64,000 nt of DNA from Ignavibacteriota bacterium (GTDB lineage: Bacteria; Bacteroidota; Ignavibacteria; UBA10030; CAVZMI01). Positions 42,477-51,440 of this stretch are shown in pieces; the first letter of the stretch is position 1, and each line of letters opens with the position of its first letter. The notes under the pieces were generated by a model. That model searched no databases. It worked only from the letters and a program-made list of their open reading frames with translations, and was not told the DNA's origin. Both the position numbers and the translations under genes were made by a program. Where the stretch lies: assembly GCA_963776275.1 (NCBI GenBank), contig CAVZMI010000003.1, forward strand, positions 16,607 to 80,606, read 5' to 3'.

Positions 42477-44000
42477 CTACATGTTCGATTCCGGTGGACT
42501 GACGACTTCACCCTTGCGTATTCGCGCCATAATGCTGTGTCGGCGTCCGTATGAAAAATAGATTGTGAATCCGATCAGCAGCCACACAATAAGTCGCCAC
42601 CAGTTTTCCGCTGGCAGCGAGAACATCAGCAGGAGGCATGAGAGGATTCCCATGATCGGTACAAAAGGAACCCACGGCGAGCGGAACGGCCGTTCAGCAT
42701 TCGGATGCGTTCTACGCATGATCAGCACTGCCGTACATACTATCACGAACGCCAGAAGTGTTCCGATATTCGTCAGTTCTGCCAGCACACGCAGCGGCAG
42801 AAGGGCGGACATTGTACCTACAAATAAGCCGGTGAGTATGGTGGATTTCCATGGGGTCCTGAATTTCGGGTGTACTGCACCAAAGATGCTCGGGGGCACC
42901 ATACCGTCTCGCGCCATTGCGAGAAGTACACGTGGCTGACTGAGCATCATGACAAGCAATACAGAAGTGATCCCGGTGATTGCCCCGATATCGATAAGCC
43001 GTTGAGCCCAGGGTAACCCTTTCTGCATGAAGGCGTTTGCTACGGGCGCATTTATATCGATTTTATCATACGGCACCATACCTGTAAGAACGGCGGATAC
43101 CGCAACGTACAGGACGGTGCAGATGAGGAGCGATGCGATGATGCCAATCGGAACATCGTGATGGGGTCGTCGTGCCTCTTCAGCATGTGTCGAGACGGAA
43201 TCGAAGCCGATATATGCAAAGAAAATAATGGCGGCTCCGGCAAGCATTCCTAATGGAGCTCCGCTTGCAGATGTTTGTCCGAATAGTGTCTTCCCAAAAA
43301 AGCTGATGCCTGTGAATCCATATGGTGCAAACGGTTGCCAGTTATTCGGGTCGATGAAGAATGCACCGGCGACAATGACGAACAACACAATTGTGAGTTT
43401 CACAATGACCATTCCGGCATTGAACGAAGCGCTCTCGCGAATGCCCTTCACAAGAATTGCCGTGATAATAGCCGTGATGATGATTGCTGGAAGGTCGAAG
43501 TATGAGCCGGTCACAAGTATTTTTCCCGATACAAGATCGAAATCGAATGGGGCAGATGAGATCGATGCGGGAGTATGAATTCCGAAACTTCGAAGGAGAT
43601 CCTGAAAGTGAGCAGACCAACCGTGCGCCACCGTTGCGGAACCGACGGCATATTCGAGTACGAGGTCCCAGCCGATGATCCAGGCGAATAGCTCACCGAG
43701 TGTTGCATATGCATAGGTGTATGCCGAGCCGGCGACAGGTGCCATTGAAGCGAATTCTGCATAGCATAAGGCAGCGAAGGTGCATGCAACACCCGCCGTA
43801 GCAAACGAAAGGATGAGAGCAGGCCCTGCCTTGTCGTGCGCGCCGACGCCGGTCAGAACGAATATACCGGTTCCGATGATAGCGCCGACACCGAGACTTG
43901 TGAGTGTTACAGGTCCAAGTACGCGGCGCAACCGGTTTTCTCCTTTCATTTCTTCTAACAGCAGCGAGAGCGGCTTCTTGGCAAACAGTTGATTCCACAT
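42477..44000 (-). CDS. APC-family (cationic amino acid type) permease
   Basis: GAIIGTGIF, CYAEFASMAPVAGSAYTY, AYIGFD, AEEARRP, AMARDG. Confidence 0.92.
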   Translation of the reverse strand: MWNQLFAKKPLSLLLEEMKGENRLRRVLGPVTLTSLGVGAIIGTGIFVLTGVGAHDKAGPALILSFATAGVACTFAALCYAEFASMAPVAGSAYTYAYATLGELFAWIIGWDLVLEYAVGSATVAHGWSAHFQDLLRSFGIHTPASISSAPFDFDLVSGKILVTGSYFDLPAIIITAIITAILVKGIRESASFNAGMVIVKLTIVLFVIVAGAFFIDPNNWQPFAPYGFTGISFFGKTLFGQTSASGAPLGMLAGAAIIFFAYIGFDSVSTHAEEARRPHHDVPIGIIASLLICTVLYVAVSAVLTGMVPYDKIDINAPVANAFMQKGLPWAQRLIDIGAITGITSVLLVMMLSQPRVLLAMARDGMVPPSIFGAVHPKFRTPWKSTILTGLFVGTMSALLPLRVLAELTNIGTLLAFVIVCTAVLIMRRTHPNAERPFRSPWVPFVPIMGILSCLLLMFSLPAENWWRLIVWLLIGFTIYFSYGRRHSIMARIRKGEVVSPPESNM

Positions 44001-44039
44001 AAATACGATCTCCAATTATGAATTGACACAAAATTAAAC

Positions 44040-44068
44040 AAAAAAGGGAGGAACGCAAGTCCCTCCCT
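44040..44068 (-). terminator. Intrinsic terminator after the TPR gene
   Basis: AGGGAGGAAC-GCAA-GTCCCTCCCT hairpin with T-run on minus strand. Confidence 0.7.
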
Positions 44069-44092
44069 TAGATTTTATAATAAATCAAAAGA

Positions 44093-45949
44093 TCATCCAA
44101 CCAAAGAATCAAGGAATTTCTGAATTTTAGAATCCCGCGGATTCAGCTGTTTCGCCCTTTTAAGGAGATCGATTGCCTCTGCAGTCTTTTTCTTGTTTTC
44201 AGGGAACTCGCCTGTCACGCGGCTCTGGATAAGGACCTGCGCGAGCCAGAACATCGCTTCTGTGTTGTTTGGTTCAAGCACGAGAGCTTGTCTGAGGTGA
44301 CGGGTTGCATCCTCGGCTTTTCGACGTAATTCATCTTCTTTAGTTCGATCAAATGAAAAAACAGCCGCCTGTCCATAGAGAATATGAATCTGCGCATCGT
44401 CTTTTCGATACTTGAGAGCTTTTGAGAAGGTTTGCATTGCGGATGAGTATCGCTGGGATACAAGAAGTACTCCCCCATAATAATAATAAACATCCCCGAT
44501 ATCGGCATTCTTGTACTTACCCTGTGGAGCCGATTCGATCCGGTTGAGGGCAGATTCATATGTTTTTATCGCTTCCGAGTAATCCTGGTTATTTGCAAAG
44601 CATGAACCTATATTTATGTAAAATTGCAGGAAGTCGGGATTGAGTTCAGAACCATGCCTAAAATAATTTATTGCATCGGAGTAACGCCTCATCGACATCA
44701 GCGTGATACCGATGTTGTAATATGCAGCCGGATTATTCGGATTAAGAGCGATATATCGATCGAAAGTCTTCACCGCCTTGTCAAAATTCCCCTGTGCCAT
44801 GTAAATTCTGGCAAGTTCGTTCATCGCCTCGATCTGTGTGGTATCGGTGACGGCTGTTTCATAATGAATAATTGCATTTATCGTATCTTTTAATCCGAAA
44901 TATGAAACAGCCAGCCGGTAATGATCATCGGATGTGGCTGCCTGTGTTCCCGGCGAAGAATTGATAATCCAGTTCAGTGATTCCACGGCTTTAAAATATT
45001 CTTTCCCAAAATAGTAAGCATACCCCGCGAGGCGATGTGCTTCGACCGAGTTTTGATTCACCTGAAGTGCATGTTGAAAAGCATCGGCTGCTTTAGCGAA
45101 GTCTTTATTTCCATAATAGGATTTACCGAGATTGATCCACCCCTCAAGATTTGTTGGATGGAGCTCTACAAACTTTGCAAACATTTCGATTGCGTTTACA
45201 TAGAATCTTGTGTTTCCTGATTGTGACTGTGCGGCTGCAAGGTAGACACGTCCCGCTTTATCGTATGCATTTGCATTCGCAGGATCGAGCGTGATAACAT
45301 CCTGAAGTTCTTTGATAGCTTCCGGGAACTTACGAGTTTTCAGATAAATATTTGCCAGGGCAACATGCGGCTCGACATTTTTCGAATCGAGCTGGATGGC
45401 TTTGAGATAGAGATCGATCGCGTAATTCCAGACGTGTTGTTTTTCCCAGACGCGTCCCAGTCCCACATACGGAAGTGCACTCTTTTCATTTAATAATTTT
45501 GCTTTTTCGAGTGTCAGATTTGCGGCGTCGGTCGAATCAACATCGATATAAGCCAAGCCGAGTCCAAGCATTGCATCAAAATCGTTTTTCGAGAGCTTCA
45601 ATGCGTTCTTGAAATACACAATCGCTTCGGAGCTCCGCTTGGTATCGCTTAGGAGCGCCCCAAGACGGACAGTAGCTTTTGTATTTTCATCGTCGTACTT
45701 GATTGCACCTCTTAAATAGATTTCGGCTGAATCAAGAATCCCTTTTTCATAATAAGCATCGCCAAGTTCAAAATTCACCTCGGAGGAGCGGGGTGATTGC
45801 TCATATGCACGAAGGAAACTCGAAATCGCAAGATCAATATCCCCCTTGTGTCTGGCAGCACGGCCGATTTCAAGATAATCCTCTGAATATGCTGTATATG
45901 CAAGAAATAGGAGAGCAGCAAAGATGCCGAAAGTGATACGGTGTTTCAT
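44093..45949 (-). CDS. Exported tetratricopeptide-repeat protein
   Basis: Signal peptide; more than 12 TPR-like units over 618 aa. Confidence 0.9.
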   Translation of the reverse strand: MKHRITFGIFAALLFLAYTAYSEDYLEIGRAARHKGDIDLAISSFLRAYEQSPRSSEVNFELGDAYYEKGILDSAEIYLRGAIKYDDENTKATVRLGALLSDTKRSSEAIVYFKNALKLSKNDFDAMLGLGLAYIDVDSTDAANLTLEKAKLLNEKSALPYVGLGRVWEKQHVWNYAIDLYLKAIQLDSKNVEPHVALANIYLKTRKFPEAIKELQDVITLDPANANAYDKAGRVYLAAAQSQSGNTRFYVNAIEMFAKFVELHPTNLEGWINLGKSYYGNKDFAKAADAFQHALQVNQNSVEAHRLAGYAYYFGKEYFKAVESLNWIINSSPGTQAATSDDHYRLAVSYFGLKDTINAIIHYETAVTDTTQIEAMNELARIYMAQGNFDKAVKTFDRYIALNPNNPAAYYNIGITLMSMRRYSDAINYFRHGSELNPDFLQFYINIGSCFANNQDYSEAIKTYESALNRIESAPQGKYKNADIGDVYYYYGGVLLVSQRYSSAMQTFSKALKYRKDDAQIHILYGQAAVFSFDRTKEDELRRKAEDATRHLRQALVLEPNNTEAMFWLAQVLIQSRVTGEFPENKKKTAEAIDLLKRAKQLNPRDSKIQKFLDSLVG

Positions 45950-45985
45950 AGTTCTCCTTCTACTGATGAAGATATTTAATTCGGC

Positions 45986-46914
45986 TTACCGTGATCCGGC
46001 AGGAACCAGTGTAATTGGCATCCGTGAATTGCCGGGAACCATGCCTGCGTTCAGCACCGTCTTCTGGCCGGGAGCGCTCATTAAATATACTGTAAATCCG
46101 GCTGGTAATCCAGCGTCTTTATCAGTTGATAGGGCAAAGAGATCCCTTGTGAAGGGATAGACCCTTTTCCATAAATAAAACTGGTATGGGAAGAGGTCCG
46201 AGAATTTGACACAGAATCATATGAAACGGTTGCATCCCCGATTTTTAATTCTTTTACATTTAGATGCTCGGCTCCAGTGAGCCAGTTTATTCCCACATAA
46301 CCGATGGCGTTTTGATTCTCCTCGACATATTTAATCACCTGGTTACTGGTGGTACAAGGGATGAGGGTGCAATTCATTGTTTGACCGTTCAAAAGCGTTC
46401 GTGTGAGGATTTCGTATGTCGCAGTATTGACTCCGGTTATAGCGTGGGAAATGTGCCCGGTGAGATTCTGTTGGATCTGCCTCCATTCGGTTGTTTTTCC
46501 TCTGAACATCGCGGTAATTTGCTGTGTCGTCAGTGAATCAAGCGCACTCTTTTCGTTTGCGATTACCGCAATGGCATCTATGCCGAAACGGATTGAGTTG
46601 ACAGTAATTTTATTCTGTCGAATCACGAGCTGTTCTTCAGGATTAAGATCGCGTGCGACAATTGCCAGTTTTGTTTCACCATTAATTAATCGGACAATTG
46701 CATCGCGGTCCGTGGTTGCTCTGAGATTGATTTTTGCATTCGGATAGACTTTCTGAAAATCACGTACCTGTTGTTCCATCATCGGCAATATTGATTCCGA
46801 AACAAAAATAGTTGCCTCACCACTTGAATATGTTTCCTTTCGCTCTTTTCCGCAGCCTAAAAGTAGGAGTGAAGAAACGATCAAAAAAATCCACCATGTT
46901 CCGTGCCCGTTCAT
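45986..46914 (-). CDS. PstS-like substrate-binding lipoprotein (frameshift near 46150)
   Basis: Lipobox LLLGC; SESILP, DAIAVIAN, NAIGYVG; C-terminus GFTVYLMSAPGQK... in a shifted frame ending at 45986. Confidence 0.8.
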
Positions 46915-46928
46915 ATCAATTCTCCCCG

Positions 46929-47135
46929 TTATGATATTGGAAATTTTGTCCGTGTTGCAATTCCACGGTAAAGAGCCCATAAAAGTAACACAGTACCCAG
47001 CAGCCAACGTAATTCGCCTGGAAGCGTTATCGGATAACCGACCAGCACCGATATTCCAAGGATTGCGAACAGCATTGCGATTGAATAATTTATAATTTTC
47101 AACCACCTAACGGGCTTTGTTCTCTCCGTATACAT
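46929..47135 (-). CDS. Small 2-TM membrane protein
   Basis: 68 aa, two hydrophobic helices, LLLWALYR; fills the gap between tonB and the PstS-like gene. Confidence 0.6.
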   Translation of the reverse strand: MYTERTKPVRWLKIINYSIAMLFAILGISVLVGYPITLPGELRWLLGTVLLLWALYRGIATRTKFPIS

Positions 47136-47143
47136 ACATGATA

Positions 47144-47863
47144 TTATTGAAGTTTATATTTGAACGGTATTTTAACCCATGCCGGGCCAGGGCCGTTGTT
47201 CATCATTGCCGGTGTAAACCGATATTGCATGACGGCATCGATTGCAGACTGATTAAAAATTTCATGGCTCGTCCAAACAACGATGGCTTTTTTTATTTTT
47301 CCTTCCTTATCAACTAATGCTTTAATAATAACTTTCCCCTCGATTTCAGATCGCCTGGCAATCTCAGGATAAACCGGCGGAATAGTATAGATAAGTTTAG
47401 GTTCCTGTTCGACAGGCCTCCAGTCGGGTACATCGGTTTCATTCTCATCCGGCGGTTTCGTCGGTATAACAATAATATCACCTTGATGACCATCCAGAAC
47501 CGTACCGGGATCTTTTGAGAGATCGTCCTGTGATGGAATGGTTTGATTGGGATCTACCTGGTTATCAGGCACCGCAGTCGGCACACCATTCTTTGGTCTA
47601 TCGGTCAATCGGGGTATATCCACAGGTCGTATTTGTGTATTTATAATTCGAGGCGGGACAATAATATCATCCCGGATGATGATGGGATCTCGCCCTGGAG
47701 ATCCAGTCTTCTGGATCATATGGATGCCAAAGGCAATCCCTGTGCAGAAAAGAATCAATCCTATTCCGAAGCTGAGTCCAAACGAGAGGTACTGATTATA
47801 GAGAAGCTTTATTTCGTGTGCACCGTAGGGACGAGTGACGGCTGTTGCTAGTTGTGCTGCCAT
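47144..47863 (-). CDS. tonB: Energy transducer TonB, copy 2
   Basis: YGAHEIK+TM, Pro-rich linker, YPEIARRSEIEGKV, FTPA. Confidence 0.88.
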   Translation of the reverse strand: MAAQLATAVTRPYGAHEIKLLYNQYLSFGLSFGIGLILFCTGIAFGIHMIQKTGSPGRDPIIIRDDIIVPPRIINTQIRPVDIPRLTDRPKNGVPTAVPDNQVDPNQTIPSQDDLSKDPGTVLDGHQGDIIVIPTKPPDENETDVPDWRPVEQEPKLIYTIPPVYPEIARRSEIEGKVIIKALVDKEGKIKKAIVVWTSHEIFNQSAIDAVMQYRFTPAMMNNGPGPAWVKIPFKYKLQ

Positions 47864-48058
47864 GACGCTAACACCTCCTTCCTGATGTTGTAGCTCGGGT
47901 ATGGTGTAAGCCTAAAGCAGGTGGAACCGGTAAATCTTCTTACTTAAATTTTTTCTCCTCCATTTGGAGTTTTTTGTTGAGCATATTGCAAGCATGGAAC
48001 ACACCCTGGACCCCACCGGTACCTGCAAAGCTGGTACCGGCGAAGTCTATGTTATACA

Positions 48059-48790
48059 TTACTGTTTTTTCAACTGAAAATTGTACGGTACCACAACCCA
48101 GACCGAAACGGGACCGTTATTCATTATTGCCGGCGTAAAAATCCATTGGTATGTGGCATCGAGAGACGACTGGTTGAAAACTTCTGCATCGCTCTTGTAT
48201 ATGACGGCTTTCTTCACTTTTCCTTCTTTATCGATCAGGGCTTTCACGTACACTTTTCCTTCAACGCCGGCCCGTTTTGCAATTTCAGGATACGTCGGTT
48301 GAACCGTCTTAACGGGTGATGGATATTTCTCGACAGGAATGAATGCATTGATATCCGGTTCATCCTCAACCCTTATATCCTCCTTGATCTGGATCTCGGT
48401 TCCTCCTCCTCCACCTTGCTCGACGGCCGGTGCCTGTTGACGTGAGAGTTCCGCCTGTGTCGAAATTGTCTGGTCTGGTGAAACTTCCGCATCGGGAACG
48501 GGAACCGGAACACCGACCGTGGGACGGGCCACCGGTGCATTGACGGCAACCTGTGCAGGTGCCTGTGCGATGGAAGGAGGCGGACCAAGTTCGGTATAAT
48601 TAATGATCCGGACGACAGGAATAGTCTCTTCTTCTTCGTTTACCTTTGTGACGACAAAATATGTAATGATCCCGATTAACATCATTGAAACTGAAAAGAT
48701 TAATCCAAAGGATAGGTGCCTTTTATAAAGGGCTTTAAGCTCAAAAGCACCGTACAATTCCATTTTTAATACAGCTTGTTGGACTGTCAT
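48059..48790 (-). CDS. tonB: Energy transducer TonB, copy 1
   Basis: YGAFELK+TM, Pro-rich linker, YPEIAKRAGVEGKV, FTPA. Confidence 0.9.
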   Translation of the reverse strand: MTVQQAVLKMELYGAFELKALYKRHLSFGLIFSVSMMLIGIITYFVVTKVNEEEETIPVVRIINYTELGPPPSIAQAPAQVAVNAPVARPTVGVPVPVPDAEVSPDQTISTQAELSRQQAPAVEQGGGGGTEIQIKEDIRVEDEPDINAFIPVEKYPSPVKTVQPTYPEIAKRAGVEGKVYVKALIDKEGKVKKAVIYKSDAEVFNQSSLDATYQWIFTPAIMNNGPVSVWVVVPYNFQLKKQ

Positions 48791-48804
48791 GATAAATTCA
48801 CCCC

Positions 48805-49305
48805 CTATCCTGCAATCCTGGAGAGGAGTTTTAAATCCTCTTCAGTTAATGGTTGGAGGCTAAACCGATTGATTTTAGCTATTTGTAGTTCGTCGAGAAT
48901 GTCAACCGTCATATGATATACTGCTTTCCGATCGACTTTTAGAAGAACTGTCAACTTAGGTTTCTCTTTGATCTGTTGAGGCAGGAAGGTATGCAAATCA
49001 TCCATTGTAACCTTCTCAGGTTGATCAATTCCGTAATTTTTGAAAATATTACCTTTCTCGTTGACCCTTATAGTGAGAAGGTTTGACTCGGCGGTCTCCA
49101 CCTTCACCTTATTGTCAGGAGGAAGGTTAATTTCCATCGCCTGCGGCTTACTAAAGGTCGTAGTCAGAATAAAGAATGTCAGCAGCAAGAATGCAACATC
49201 GACCATCGGTGTCATGTCGATACGGACACCGAGCCGTTTCTTCGTCTTGTGTTTCTTTTTATGTCGACCACCACCCCCGCGTTGCGGGGTATCTACAGCA
49301 GCCAT
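48805..49305 (-). CDS. exbD: ExbD/TolR family protein
   Basis: IDMTPMVDVAFLLLTFF. Confidence 0.9.
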   Translation of the reverse strand: MAAVDTPQRGGGGRHKKKHKTKKRLGVRIDMTPMVDVAFLLLTFFILTTTFSKPQAMEINLPPDNKVKVETAESNLLTIRVNEKGNIFKNYGIDQPEKVTMDDLHTFLPQQIKEKPKLTVLLKVDRKAVYHMTVDILDELQIAKINRFSLQPLTEEDLKLLSRIAG

Positions 49306-49339
49306 GTATTATACTCCAATCATTGATTTTAGTGTTCGA

Positions 49340-49810
49340 TCATTTTGCCTGTCGCTTCAACTCTGTGACGAGGTTGAAGCGCGTGATATTGATTTTCTGG
49401 AGCACATCCATTACGTCCTGGATATTGCCATAACTTGTCTCAGCGTCCCCTTTAATCACTGTACGAATTTTAGGATTACTGATACGGGCGCTGATAAGCG
49501 TTGAAGCAAGCCTTTCCTTCGGTACCGGCCAGCTTGCCTTGAATTTGGCTTTTTCGCCGAACAACTTGACCATTAATGGAACACGATCGGTGCCGACGAA
49601 CAGGCGGCCGTCTTTCGCAACGTTAATTGTCAGAACATCGGACTCCGGCAGTTTGATATCCGACGTAGAGCTGGGCAGTGCGATCTGTACCTCTTCTGCT
49701 GGGCGGAAGTTCGATGCGAGCATGAAGAAAGTAAGCAGCAGGAATGCCACGTCCACCATCGGTGTCATATCGATCGCTACGCCTAGCCGTTTTGGTTTAA
49801 TTTTTGGCAT
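49340..49810 (-). CDS. exbD: ExbD/TolR family protein
   Basis: IDMTPMVDVAFLLLTFF, IKGD. Confidence 0.9.
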   Translation of the reverse strand: MPKIKPKRLGVAIDMTPMVDVAFLLLTFFMLASNFRPAEEVQIALPSSTSDIKLPESDVLTINVAKDGRLFVGTDRVPLMVKLFGEKAKFKASWPVPKERLASTLISARISNPKIRTVIKGDAETSYGNIQDVMDVLQKINITRFNLVTELKRQAK

Positions 49811-49831
49811 ACAACCGTCCTTCGCTCGATG

Positions 49832-50578
49832 TTATTTTGAACGTGATGTAAGAATTTGGATCACATTGAATGTTGCTTCATCGATCATATAGGTAAAGCT
49901 GTCGACCTTGTTTACAAAGTAATTATATGAGATAATTCCGGTAATGGCAACGATGAGACCGATGGCGGTGTTAATCAAAGCTTCGGAAATGCCTATTGAA
50001 AGCTGAGCGGCATCGACTGCGCCCTGCGCGCCCAATGCGCCGAACGACCGGATCATTCCGATCACTGCGCCGAGCAGACCTATCATGGTTGAAATCGAAG
50101 CGATTGTGGATAATGCGATTAGGTTCTTTTCAAGAAGGGGTGTCTCAAGCATCATGGCTTCTTCGATTGCGCGCTGAACCTCTGCCATCTGTTTTTCGGC
50201 AGCAAGTTTCGAATCGCCGGCAATCTGTTTATAGCGCTCGAGACCGGAGCGTATGACGTTTGCGCATGAACCGCGCTGCTTGTTACAAACATCGATGGCG
50301 CCGTCAACTTTGCCATCCATCAAACTCTTTTCCATGCTCTTCAGAAACATGGTGATAGGGCCTTTTCCATTGGCTCTTCTTAGCGATAAGTAACGTTCGA
50401 CGATGAATGTCACGACCATGATCAACAGCGACATCAGTATTGGTACAAGGAAGCCTCCCAAATAGATGAAACGCAGGCCGTACGCGTCGCCTTCTGCGCC
50501 GAATATGAATACATACACAAGGACCGATACGAGGACCGCGATGACGATCAGCGCCCCGATAAAGAATGATTGTTTCAT
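49832..50578 (-). CDS. exbB: MotA/TolQ/ExbB proton channel protein
   Basis: IVER, LEKNL...STIAS...GLLGAVIGMIRSF, GISEALINTAIG. Confidence 0.92.
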   Translation of the reverse strand: MKQSFFIGALIVIAVLVSVLVYVFIFGAEGDAYGLRFIYLGGFLVPILMSLLIMVVTFIVERYLSLRRANGKGPITMFLKSMEKSLMDGKVDGAIDVCNKQRGSCANVIRSGLERYKQIAGDSKLAAEKQMAEVQRAIEEAMMLETPLLEKNLIALSTIASISTMIGLLGAVIGMIRSFGALGAQGAVDAAQLSIGISEALINTAIGLIVAITGIISYNYFVNKVDSFTYMIDEATFNVIQILTSRSK

Positions 50579-50665
50579 TGATGTAGTACTCCTCCAAGTT
50601 AAGTAGGATAATATATTGTGTTATTTGATTGTCATTTAGTCAACATTTATAGAACCATCGTTGTG

Positions 50666-51013
50666 CTATAAAGCAAAACTTGCGATTGCTTCTTTTTGAC
50701 TCTCAAAAACATCAAACACAAGCGTCAGCTTTGTAATGACAAAAATGTTTTGAATGTTTTTGTTCACATTGCACAGCTTAATTTTTCCGCCGCTCTTCGA
50801 GTAGCTGGTGTGTCCGGAGACAAGAACGCCAAGCGCCGTGCTGTTAAGGTAATCAACATTGCCTAAGTCGACGATGAGCTTCCTGTTTCCATCCTGAAGA
50901 AGCTTCGTGATAGTGTTTTTAATGTCATCAGTCTCGTCACCGCCGATGAGAGAACCCTTCGGTTCAATAAGCATGATATTACCACTGCTCAGGTTTGTAA
51001 TCTTCAGAGCCAT
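50666..51013 (-). CDS. STAS-domain anti-sigma factor antagonist
   Basis: IEPKGSLIGGDETD...IVDLGNVDYLNSTALG...ITKL. Confidence 0.9.
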   Translation of the reverse strand: MALKITNLSSGNIMLIEPKGSLIGGDETDDIKNTITKLLQDGNRKLIVDLGNVDYLNSTALGVLVSGHTSYSKSGGKIKLCNVNKNIQNIFVITKLTLVFDVFESQKEAIASFAL

Positions 51014-51208
51014 AGTCTTGTACCTGTGTGATGTTTATAGGATTATCGAGGTTCAGCGTCTGTACCAGAGTACATGTACCAGAGGTAATTCTCGAGGGAA
51101 ACCTGTATCCGTCAGCGCAAAAGAAACCTTGAAACATATAATTTATGACCTTTTTTTAAAAAAGCAATCATTTTTTATATTGAATTGAGGTTTTTCTTCT
51201 CATACAGT

Positions 51209-51234
51209 AGATGCGTGTTTGTACAAAAAGTTTC
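51209..51234 (-). promoter_or_regulatory. Putative ECF-sigma promoter
   Basis: GAAAC-N16-CATCT on minus strand upstream of STAS-exbB. Confidence 0.3.
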
Positions 51235-51440
51235 CCCGTATATAATAAAAAAAGCATCCTTGGCCATGTTCGCCCGCTTATTCTGAGCCTTTGGTCAGAG
51301 CATTCGACCAAGCGCCGCTCCCACCGGCTGCGGGATTATTGAATTCAAATATATTGTATTCAAAACAATATTGAGGCGACCTAATAGGATTTTCAAAGGA
51401 AATCCGAGGATCGGTCGATCCAAAAAACCTTGAGAAGAAA

